Assembly: GCF_000011325.1 (NCBI RefSeq)
Contig: NC_003450.3
Span: 2,010,001 to 2,042,000, forward strand
From: Corynebacterium glutamicum ATCC 13032
GTDB lineage: Bacteria; Actinomycetota; Actinomycetes; Mycobacteriales; Mycobacteriaceae
Length of the DNA: 32,000 nucleotides
Direction: 5' to 3'
This document shows, piece by piece, positions 1 through 6,253 of this stretch. The notes under the pieces are model-generated. The model had not been told where the DNA came from and did not search any database. It saw only the letters and a list, made by a program, of their open reading frames with translations. How positions within the stretch are numbered: the first letter of the stretch is position 1; every line of letters begins with the position of its first letter. The position numbers and the translations under genes were made by a program.

Positions 1-563
1 AAGATTTTTGTTAATAAATCGGCTTGGAGGGAACGTCGTAAAGCGGAATAGCTGAACCCCGTAGCAACCAGCGACTCACTGACCACGGTGGCTGCTGAGG
101 CCTTGAGCGGCACGATTTCATCGCGCTCGGGCAGATATTTGGTGGCACCTTCGTGGCGCGCGGCGGTGTACAGCACCCCGGTGACCACATTGATCACAGC
201 ACCTGCCACGACCTCGCCGTCGATCGCCGCAGCGATCGAGACGGCGTATTGGGGCAGGTCATAAAGGAAGTTGACGGTGCCGTCAATGGGGTCGACGATC
301 CAGGTAACTCCGCTTATCGACGCCGTCCCCGTCCCTTCCTCGCCTATCAGCCCGTCTTTAGGCCGAAGTTCCTGCAACCTATTGGCGATAAAATCTTCAG
401 CCAAAGTATCTACTATCGTCACCGGATCGACTGTCGAACTTTTGGTGTTGGTGTAGTCCCACAAATTGGTGAGTTCAGCACGCTTATCCCTGATACGTAC
501 AGCGGTAAGCGTGGCAGTTTCCGCGGCGATGGCACGCAACTCATTAAACGATTGTTGTTCCAT
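1..563 (-). CDS. suhB: Inositol monophosphatase family protein, N-terminal 187 codons (C-terminus lies left of the window)
   Basis: Hand translation of the minus strand from ATG (complement of 561-563) gives [31 protein letters not shown]...[55 protein letters not shown]. It carries the IMPase signature W-x-VDPIDGT-x-NF. It is absent from the ORF track only because it runs off the edge. It is divergent from ppgK, as in the mycobacterial suhB-ppgK-sigA arrangement. Confidence 0.85.
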   Translation of the reverse strand, partial: MEQQSFNELRAIAAETATLTAVRIRDKRAELTNLWDYTNTKSSTVDPVTIVDTLAEDFIANRLQELRPKDGLIGEEGTGTASISGVTWIVDPIDGTVNFLYDLPQYAVSIAAAIDGEVVAGAVINVVTGVLYTAARHEGATKYLPERDEIVPLKASAATVVSESLVATGFSYSALRRSLQADLLTKI

Positions 564-619
564 AAGACCATCATCGTTGTTTTTTTAGAAAATTGCCTGC
601 CAAAAGCCGAAGTAATTTG

Positions 620-625
620 TACACT
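620..625 (+). promoter_or_regulatory. Candidate -10 hexamer TACACT, 7 nt before the ppgK ATG (leaderless-type context)
   Basis: TACACT (TAnnnT pattern) at 620-625, then tgggcgc, then ATG at 633. No Shine-Dalgarno-like purine run lies in between. Confidence 0.3.
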
Positions 626-632
626 TGGGCGC

Positions 633-1385
633 ATGACTGAGACTGGATTTGGAATTGATATCGGTGGCTCCGGCATCAAAGGCGCCCGCGTTAACCTTAA
701 GACCGGTGAGTTTATTGATGAACGCATAAAAATCGCCACCCCTAAGCCAGCAACCCCAGAGGCTGTCGCCGAAGTAGTCGCAGAGATTATTTCTCAAGCC
801 GAATGGGAGGGTCCGGTCGGAATTACCCTGCCGTCGGTCGTTCGCGGGCAGATCGCGCTATCCGCAGCCAACATTGACAAGTCCTGGATCGGCACCGATG
901 TGCACGAACTTTTTGACCGCCACCTAAATGGCCGAGAGATCACCGTTCTCAATGACGCAGACGCCGCCGGCATCGCCGAAGCAACCTTTGGCAACCCTGC
1001 CGCACGCGAAGGCGCAGTCATCCTGCTGACCCTTGGTACAGGTATTGGATCCGCATTCCTTGTGGATGGCCAACTGTTCCCCAACACAGAACTCGGTCAC
1101 ATGATCGTTGACGGCGAGGAAGCAGAACACCTTGCAGCAGCATCCGTCAAAGAAAACGAAGATCTGTCATGGAAGAAATGGGCGAAGCACCTGAACAAGG
1201 TGCTGAGCGAATACGAGAAACTTTTCTCCCCATCCGTCTTCATCATCGGTGGCGGAATTTCCAGAAAGCACGAAAAGTGGCTTCCATTGATGGAGCTAGA
1301 CACTGACATTGTCCCAGCTGAGCTGCGCAATCGAGCCGGAATCGTAGGAGCTGCCATGGCAGTAAACCAACACCTCACCCCATAA
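633..1385 (+). CDS. ppgK: Polyphosphate/ATP-dependent glucokinase (ROK family), 250 aa
   Basis: Track ORF 153..1385 trimmed to the first in-frame ATG at 633; the upstream part is antisense shadow of suhB with no in-frame ATG/GTG/TTG. N-terminus [27 protein letters not shown] carries the ROK/PPGK ATP-binding DxGGS motif. The downstream [10 protein letters not shown] motif is also present. Confidence 0.9.
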   Translation: MTETGFGIDIGGSGIKGARVNLKTGEFIDERIKIATPKPATPEAVAEVVAEIISQAEWEGPVGITLPSVVRGQIALSAANIDKSWIGTDVHELFDRHLNGREITVLNDADAAGIAEATFGNPAAREGAVILLTLGTGIGSAFLVDGQLFPNTELGHMIVDGEEAEHLAAASVKENEDLSWKKWAKHLNKVLSEYEKLFSPSVFIIGGGISRKHEKWLPLMELDTDIVPAELRNRAGIVGAAMAVNQHLTP

Positions 1386-1458
1386 GTTATCGAAAGGTGA
1401 TTTTTGCCCAGGGCCTTGATTCACAACGCACCTTGCTGTAGGAAAAACAGGCCCCTTT

Positions 1459-1488
1459 GTGACATCGGCGTAGTTGTTCAACTATAAT
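1459..1488 (+). promoter_or_regulatory. Candidate housekeeping-type promoter GTGACA-N18-TATAAT(gg) in the 477-bp ppgK-sigA spacer
   Basis: Perfect TATAAT at 1483-1488 followed by GG. GTGACA at 1459-1464 gives an 18-nt spacer. It would yield a ~380-nt sigA leader or a separate short transcript. Confidence 0.3.
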
Positions 1489-1702
1489 GGAACGCTGATC
1501 GTGGACAAGAGTTAACCATGAGATTGATTCACCCCTTTAAGCCTCCAAAGAAGTAGTTGACTCAACGCATTTCGGCATTTAAAAAAGCCGAGAGCAAATG
1601 AGACTTTCCAGGAGAAGGCACCAGGGACATGAACAATTGATCGGCTGACCAACTCTATAAGAGATGCACCTCAAGTTTGGGGATACTTATTCGGCGTTTC
1701 TG

Positions 1703-1731
1703 GGGAACAAATACGTTTCCCTATTGTTGTA
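1703..1731 (+). promoter_or_regulatory. Candidate ECF (SigH/SigE-type) promoter GGGAAC-N17-TGTTGTA upstream of sigA
   Basis: GGAA at 1704-1707 and GTT at 1726-1728 are separated by 18 nt. This is the GGAA-N18-19-GTT pattern of actinobacterial SigH/SigE-type promoters. It lies ~145 nt upstream of the sigA start. Confidence 0.4.
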
Positions 1732-1874
1732 TATAGGTATTCGCACTTAAGAAACATCTCTCATGGAAAGAAGCTAGGCGGAAAGGGCGTTAAGTACTTG
1801 CCATTTAATCCTCAGCATCACTCGGATCAGTCGGAGATGTCGATGAAAATGCACCAGGAGCCGTGGAGAGCAGC

Positions 1875-3359
1875 ATGGTAGAAAACAACGTAGCAAAAAA
1901 GACGGTCGCTAAAAAGACCGCACGCAAGACCGCACGCAAAGCAGCCCCGCGCGTGGCAACCCCATTGGGAGTCGCATCTGAGTCTCCCATTTCGGCCACC
2001 CCTGCGCGCAGCATCGATGGAACCTCAACCCCTGTTGAAGCTGCTGACACCATAGAGACCACCGCCCCTGCAGCGAAGGCTCCTGCGGCCAAGGCTCCCG
2101 CTAAAAAGGTTGCCAAGAAGACAGCTCGCAAGGCACCTGCGAAAAAGACTGTCGCCAAGAAAGCCACAACCGCCAAGGCTGCACCTGCAACTGCCAAGGA
2201 CGAAAACGCACCTGTTGATGACGACGAGGAGAACCTCGCTCAGGATGAACAGGACTTCGACGGCGATGACTTCGTAGACGGCATCGAAGACGAAGAAGAT
2301 GAAGACGGCGTCGAAGCCCTCGGTGAAGAAAGCGAAGACGACGAAGAGGACGGCTCATCCGTTTGGGATGAAGACGAATCCGCAACCCTGCGTCAGGCAC
2401 GTAAAGATGCCGAGCTCACCGCTTCCGCCGACTCTGTTCGCGCTTACCTGAAGCAAATCGGTAAAGTTGCCCTGCTGAACGCTGAACAGGAAGTCTCCCT
2501 GGCAAAGCGCATCGAAGCAGGCCTTTACGCCACCCACCGCATGGAGGAAATGGAAGAAGCTTTCGCAGCCGGTGACAAGGACGCGAAACTCACCCCAGCC
2601 GTCAAGCGTGACCTCCGCGCCATCGCTCGTGACGGCCGCAAGGCGAAAAACCACCTCCTGGAAGCCAACCTTCGTCTGGTTGTCTCCCTGGCAAAGCGCT
2701 ACACCGGCCGTGGCATGGCATTCCTGGACCTCATCCAGGAAGGCAACCTCGGTCTGATTCGTGCCGTAGAGAAGTTCGACTACTCCAAGGGCTACAAGTT
2801 CTCCACCTACGCAACCTGGTGGATCCGTCAGGCAATCACCCGCGCCATGGCCGACCAAGCACGAACCATCCGTATCCCAGTCCACATGGTTGAAGTGATC
2901 AACAAACTTGGTCGCATCCAACGTGAACTCCTTCAGGAACTCGGCCGCGAACCAACCCCACAGGAACTGTCCAAAGAAATGGACATCTCCGAGGAAAAGG
3001 TACTGGAAATCCAGCAGTACGCCCGCGAACCAATCTCCCTGGACCAAACCATCGGCGACGAAGGCGACAGCCAGCTCGGCGACTTCATCGAAGACTCCGA
3101 AGCCGTCGTCGCAGTCGACGCCGTCTCATTCACCCTGCTGCAAGACCAGCTACAGGACGTCCTAGAGACCCTCTCCGAACGTGAAGCCGGCGTGGTTAAA
3201 CTCCGCTTCGGACTCACCGACGGAATGCCACGCACTTTAGACGAAATCGGCCAAGTTTACGGTGTCACCCGTGAGCGCATCCGCCAGATTGAGTCCAAGA
3301 CCATGTCTAAGCTGCGCCACCCATCACGCTCCCAGGTCCTTCGCGACTACCTGGACTAA
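1875..3359 (+). CDS. sigA: Primary (group 1) RNA polymerase sigma factor
   Basis: All conserved sigma-70 regions are readable:
- region 1.2: [21 protein letters not shown]
- region 2: [58 protein letters not shown]
- region 3: [15 protein letters not shown]
- region 4.2: [29 protein letters not shown]
ATG 1875 is preferred because GGAGAG at 1865-1870 can act as SD. The track start GTG 1863 is the alternative (+4 codons). Confidence 0.95.
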   Translation: MVENNVAKKTVAKKTARKTARKAAPRVATPLGVASESPISATPARSIDGTSTPVEAADTIETTAPAAKAPAAKAPAKKVAKKTARKAPAKKTVAKKATTAKAAPATAKDENAPVDDDEENLAQDEQDFDGDDFVDGIEDEEDEDGVEALGEESEDDEEDGSSVWDEDESATLRQARKDAELTASADSVRAYLKQIGKVALLNAEQEVSLAKRIEAGLYATHRMEEMEEAFAAGDKDAKLTPAVKRDLRAIARDGRKAKNHLLEANLRLVVSLAKRYTGRGMAFLDLIQEGNLGLIRAVEKFDYSKGYKFSTYATWWIRQAITRAMADQARTIRIPVHMVEVINKLGRIQRELLQELGREPTPQELSKEMDISEEKVLEIQQYAREPISLDQTIGDEGDSQLGDFIEDSEAVVAVDAVSFTLLQDQLQDVLETLSEREAGVVKLRFGLTDGMPRTLDEIGQVYGVTRERIRQIESKTMSKLRHPSRSQVLRDYLD

Positions 3360-3379
3360 AACCCCAGTCGGGCTCAAGA

Positions 3380-3430
3380 CCGGGCCGCCACTGTTTTCCT
3401 CTGCGGGGAACGGTGGTGGCCCGGTTTTTC
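3380..3430 (+). terminator. Rho-independent terminator of sigA
   Basis: 14-bp GC-rich stem ccgggccgccactg / cggtggtggcccgg (two G-U pairs) at 3380-3393 and 3411-3424, followed by TTTTT at 3425-3429. It starts 21 nt after the sigA stop. Confidence 0.85.
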
Positions 3431-3440
3431 TGTTGCTTTG

Positions 3441-3465
3441 GTTCGGCTGGTCACAGTTCGGCTGG
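3441..3465. repeat. Direct repeat gttcggctgg x2, 15-bp period
   Basis: gttcggctgg occurs at 3441-3450 and 3456-3465. This is the first periodic element after the sigA terminator. Confidence 0.6.
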
Positions 3466-3479
3466 GGTGTTTTAAGTTT

Positions 3480-3605
3480 GATTTCACATTGCCGATTTCT
3501 AAACGCCGAGTTCTCGGATTCGAGACCTTACCTGCAATTTCACGGTTACAATTTCTCGTTAGCACTTTCGCGTACTCAATTTCTTATGTTCAATTTCGGT
3601 CGGAA
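3480..3605. repeat. Array A: nine consecutive 14-bp phased units, core (G/A)A(T/G/C)TTC (CAATTTC in units 5, 6, 8, 9)
   Basis: Units start at 3480 gatttcacattgcc, 3494 gatttctaaacgcc, 3508 gagttctcggattc, 3522 gagaccttacctgc, 3536 aatttcacggttac, 3550 aatttctcgttagc, 3564 actttcgcgtactc, 3578 aatttcttatgttc and 3592 aatttcggtcggaa. Spacing is exactly 14 bp throughout. Confidence 0.8.
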
Positions 3606-3622
3606 AAGTGCCATTTTCCGAC
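3599..3622. other. Hairpin at the array A / array A' junction (9-bp stem, 6-nt loop)
   Basis: gtcggaaaa (3599-3607) and ttttccgac (3614-3622) are perfectly complementary. The loop is gtgcca. Confidence 0.7.
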
Positions 3623-3625
3623 ATC

Positions 3626-3681
3626 GCCTTGAGAAATTGAATACAAGAAATTGAGCGCAAGGTATCGAACTTGAGAAATTG
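3626..3681. repeat. Array A': inverted copies of the array A unit (GAAATTG) in the same 14-bp phase
   Basis: GAAATTG occurs at 3633, 3647 and 3675; slot 3661 is degenerate (ggtatcg). cttgagaaattga is repeated at 3628 and 3670. GAAATTG is the exact reverse complement of CAATTTC. Confidence 0.7.
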
Positions 3682-3731
3682 AGCTTTAGCACTCACTCCC
3701 CTGTTTGATGAAGTCAGCAAAGCCAAAAGAC

Positions 3732-3787
3732 GACTTCACATCTCCGACTTCTTAACAGCGACTTCTCGTGGCTGACTTCGCTACCTA
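3732..3787. repeat. Array B: four 14-bp phased units with core GACTTC
   Basis: Units are 3732 gacttcacatctcc, 3746 gacttcttaacagc, 3760 gacttctcgtggct and 3774 gacttcgctaccta. The first three match array A units 1-3 at 11/14, 10/14 and 8/14 positions by my hand alignment. Confidence 0.8.
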
Positions 3788-3805
3788 AACCTGAGTTTCC
3801 TTAGC

Positions 3806-3870
3806 GAAGTCGTGTGATGAGAAGTCGTGTGATGAGAAGTTGGGTATGAGAAGTCAGCACACGTGAAGTC
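3806..3870. repeat. Array B': five 14-15-bp phased units with core GAAGTC (reverse complement of GACTTC), including a perfect 15-bp tandem duplication
   Basis: gaagtcgtgtgatga occurs at 3806 and again at 3821 (identical), then gaagttgggtatga at 3836, gaagtcagcacacgt at 3850 and gaagtc at 3865. An isolated GAAGTCAGCA at 3710-3719 repeats the one at 3850-3859. Confidence 0.8.
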
Positions 3871-3995
3871 GCCTTTTCTCCCCGGCACGCTCGGAGTAGC
3901 GTGAAAGGTGGAATGGAGCGAGGTGGAACGGCGCATCCCTTGGACTTTTCCCTCACTCATCTGGAGGCGCCGATGTGGAAAGGAGAAGGCTAGCC

Positions 3996-4100
3996 ATGTT
4001 TATCAACGTCATGCCGGAACCAGGCCTTGGTGGACTTATCCAGCGATTCATGCAGTGGATTAGTTGCATGAGTTTCGGCGAGTGCATGGTCATCCAGTAG
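3996..4100 (+). CDS. Speculative small ORF, 34 aa (MFINVMPEPGLGGLIQRFMQWISCMSFGECMVIQ)
   Basis: ATG at 3996 is preceded by aaAGGAGAAGG (3979-3989). TAG at 4098-4100 is followed within 5 nt by a strong terminator. It is too short for the ORF track and I recognise no homology. Confidence 0.3.
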   Translation: MFINVMPEPGLGGLIQRFMQWISCMSFGECMVIQ

Positions 4101-4104
4101 TTAG

Positions 4105-4150
4105 AAAAGGCGCTCACCTCCAAAGCTTTGGAGGTGAGCGCTTTCTTGTT
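4105..4150. terminator. Bidirectional rho-independent terminator (near-perfect palindrome) between the small ORF and the convergent membrane-protein gene
   Basis: gcgctcacctccaaagctttggaggtgagcgc (4110-4141) is a perfect 32-nt palindrome. It is flanked by AAAA on the left and TTTCTTGTT on the right. Confidence 0.85.
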
Positions 4151-4158
4151 CGACTCGG

Positions 4159-5496
4159 CTAGTTGCCTTGAGTGTATTTGTCGGAGGCTTTGTCTAGTGG
4201 AGTTGTGCCAGGAATCTGTGGATATGCAGCTGGGGTTGGGAGTTGTTTAGGTACGTAGGGATCTTGGAGTCCTTTTTTGCCGTAGGCGATGTAGCGGTGC
4301 ATCGATTCGAATGGGCCTCGTTTGCCAGCTAGTTCGAGACCGTATGCTCCGATGAGGGTGAGAAGCCATACGCAGGTGGCTACGCCGGCTTCGGCAAGTA
4401 TTCCTCCACCTTGGCCGAGTCCTAAGGTGTAGGTTTGCGTGAGGATCAGGAACAGGATGGATTGTCCGACGTAACCGCTCATGGATCGGGCACCGAGGGC
4501 TGCGATCATTTTGATGGGAAGTGGGAGGTGCCCATTTCCTTTATTGATTTTTCTTTGTAGTGGCTGGACGAGCAGTGCCACTGCTGCAACGATGCCTGGT
4601 CCTGTCAAAGAGCCAACAGCTTGATTGAGACCGCTAAAGACCGTGGCTGTCTGTGCAGAAAATACTCCAATTTCGGCTAGTCCCCAGGGGACGCCAACCA
4701 GGACTGCGATTGCGATAAAGATCCACGTTGCAATCCATAGGGGTTTTCTAAATTCATCGACCCGAGAGAGGACTCGGTGGCGTGCTGCGATGTAGCCAAC
4801 AATCATCACTGGCATGAGCATGAGGATTTCCACAGGAACTGATCCGATTTGAATTGGAACAGAGAGCAGACCCATGCCTAGGTATTCCAGGTAGGAATCA
4901 AAGGTCAGGTCAAGGCTAGCCATGGTATCAGTGGACACACCGAAGTACAGAGGTAGAACAACTCCGAGTGTGATGCCAACGATGACATAGATTGCTGACA
5001 TGGAACCTGCGATCCACCACAGTGTTTTGTCTTTGAGGGTCATGAGCATGGCAAAAATCATGCCTGCGACACCGTAGAAGAACATGATGTCACCCCAGAA
5101 GAGAAACACCATGTGGATAACGCCGAAGAGTGCGAGAAATCCGTATCGCCGAAGCAGCACTCCCCTGGCTGCTGTGTCGGGGTATTGACGTCGCCAGAGG
5201 CTGTACACGATCATTCCGACGCCATATCCTAGAAGCGTGGAGAACATCGGTAGGCCTCGGACATGGATGAACATGGCGGAAAAGACAGCGTAGATCTTTT
5301 CAAAGATGGAGTCATGAACAATGCCACCAAGTGAGGCCGCTGTGGATCCCGCAGGAGCAGCAATCCATGCTGTGGAAACGTTGGCCAGCGCAATGCCGAG
5401 CAGTGCGATACCTCGGGCAATATCTGGTGAGAGGATTCTGGTTTTCTGTGCAGTGCGCACGGCTTTGGTGTGTGTCGTTGGCGCTGAGTCAGACAT
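4159..5496 (-). CDS. Polytopic membrane protein, YeiB/DUF418-like, 445 aa
   Basis: Track ORF 4159..5670 trimmed to the ATG at 5496 (MSDSAPTTH...), which is preceded by AAGGAA; the longer form would overlap the upstream gene. Family-like motifs are read by eye: SPDIARGIALLGIALANV, RGLPMFSTLLGYGVG and LLRRYGFLALFGVIHMVFLFWGDIMFFYG. It has many TM segments. Confidence 0.75.
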   Translation of the reverse strand: MSDSAPTTHTKAVRTAQKTRILSPDIARGIALLGIALANVSTAWIAAPAGSTAASLGGIVHDSIFEKIYAVFSAMFIHVRGLPMFSTLLGYGVGMIVYSLWRRQYPDTAARGVLLRRYGFLALFGVIHMVFLFWGDIMFFYGVAGMIFAMLMTLKDKTLWWIAGSMSAIYVIVGITLGVVLPLYFGVSTDTMASLDLTFDSYLEYLGMGLLSVPIQIGSVPVEILMLMPVMIVGYIAARHRVLSRVDEFRKPLWIATWIFIAIAVLVGVPWGLAEIGVFSAQTATVFSGLNQAVGSLTGPGIVAAVALLVQPLQRKINKGNGHLPLPIKMIAALGARSMSGYVGQSILFLILTQTYTLGLGQGGGILAEAGVATCVWLLTLIGAYGLELAGKRGPFESMHRYIAYGKKGLQDPYVPKQLPTPAAYPQIPGTTPLDKASDKYTQGN

Positions 5497-5581
5497 ACTT
5501 TCCTTAATACAAACGCTGGTTATCTCAAATGGAGAAAAGAAAACCCTATGACTTTTAGCTGTCACAGGGTTTCCAATCAAA

Positions 5582-6121
5582 TTAAGCGAAGAGCTCTTGA
5601 ATGCATTGTTCTTGAGCCGCGGGATCCGTGAGCGTTGCACACTCAGAAAGTCCAGAACTGCTGAAAACAACGAGTATCAATATGACGCCAATCGCAAGGA
5701 GGATCAAGGTCAGAATCGACAGGATCAGACCGGTAATGGCAAAGCCCTTGCGCCTGTTTGCTGGCACGAAGTTCTTTGCTTTCACCAGCGCGATAATGGC
5801 CACGATGACGCCTGCGAGAGCGAGGAATGGAGAGAGGAAAGCACCAAATACAGTCACCAGAGTTACGATGGAGGCAATACCTAAGCCGAGTGCCCACGCT
5901 GCTGCGGTGTTCTTTGGTGCATTCAGAGGTGAGTTTTCAAAGCCTCCGGTATAGCCCGATCCGTAAGGATCTTGATATCCAGACTGCTGTGCTCCAGAAG
6001 AAGGCCCAAACGATTCCCCGTAAGGCGCTCCGTAGGGTTCCCCCTGGTTGGCGTTGAACGGATCATTCGAGTTTCCGCCATTGTTGTTGGGTTCACCATA
6101 GGGGTAATTCGGAGTGGTCAT
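5582..6121 (-). CDS. DUF4190-like membrane protein with a Pro/Gly/Tyr/Asn-rich disordered N-terminus, 179 aa
   Basis: The N-terminal ~70 aa are low-complexity (PNYPYGEPNNNGGNSNDPFNANQGEPYGAPYGESFGP...). Two long hydrophobic segments follow (AAWALGLGIASIVTLVTVFGAFLSPFLALAGVIVAIIALV; GFAITGLILSILTLILLAIGVILILVVF). GGAAAGG lies before the ATG at 6121. Confidence 0.8.
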   Translation of the reverse strand: MTTPNYPYGEPNNNGGNSNDPFNANQGEPYGAPYGESFGPSSGAQQSGYQDPYGSGYTGGFENSPLNAPKNTAAAWALGLGIASIVTLVTVFGAFLSPFLALAGVIVAIIALVKAKNFVPANRRKGFAITGLILSILTLILLAIGVILILVVFSSSGLSECATLTDPAAQEQCIQELFA

Positions 6122-6192
6122 CAGCTGGCCTTTCCATCGACGTGGTTCAATAAATGCTGCACAAAGCTATGTATTTTTATGCCCAGACAAGG

Positions 6193-6227
6193 ATACCCTC
6201 AACACCTTGAGCAGATGTTGAGGGTAT
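6193..6227 (-). terminator. Possible hairpin terminator downstream of the helicase gene (no clear U-tract)
   Basis: ataccctcaaca (6193-6204) pairs with tgttgagggtat (6216-6227): a 12-bp stem with an 11-nt loop. It begins 27 nt past the helicase stop. Confidence 0.4.
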
Positions 6228-6253
6228 GGATATTGCAACAAAAATGTTATGTG

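Noticed and set aside
153-632. N-terminal 160 codons of the track ORF 153..1385 (would make a 410-aa PpgK)
   Set aside because: This stretch is the antisense shadow of suhB, whose IMPase motifs read cleanly on the other strand. There is no in-frame start between 153 and 633, and the ROK domain begins right at the ATG at 633.
1805-3047. Minus-strand ORFs 1805..2197 (Ala-rich, 130 aa), 2101..2400 and 2355..3047 (230 aa)
   Set aside because: They are fully antisense to sigA, have low-complexity or odd composition and no recognisable motifs. These are typical GC-rich shadow ORFs.
3262-3654. Track ORFs 3262..3654 (+), 3374..3565 (-) and 3438..3632 (+) across the sigA terminator and repeat array A
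   Set aside because: They span a strong terminator and the 14-bp periodic repeats. The translations are repeat-driven low-complexity with no SD. The periodicity of 14 is not a multiple of 3, which argues against coding.
3441-3870. Possibility that the phased repeats are a CRISPR array or a MITE/IS remnant
   Set aside because: The 14-15-bp period is far too short for CRISPR repeat-plus-spacer units, the units occur in both orientations, and there are no cas genes. There is no transposase, and I saw no clear terminal inverted repeats with target-site duplication; the GAAGTCAGCA direct repeat is itself part of the array.
5497-5670. Upstream extension of the YeiB/DUF418-like ORF to 5670 (503 aa)
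   Set aside because: The extension would overlap the 3' end of the DUF4190-like gene and encodes non-membrane junk. The ATG at 5496 has an AAGGAA SD and is directly followed by family-typical sequence.
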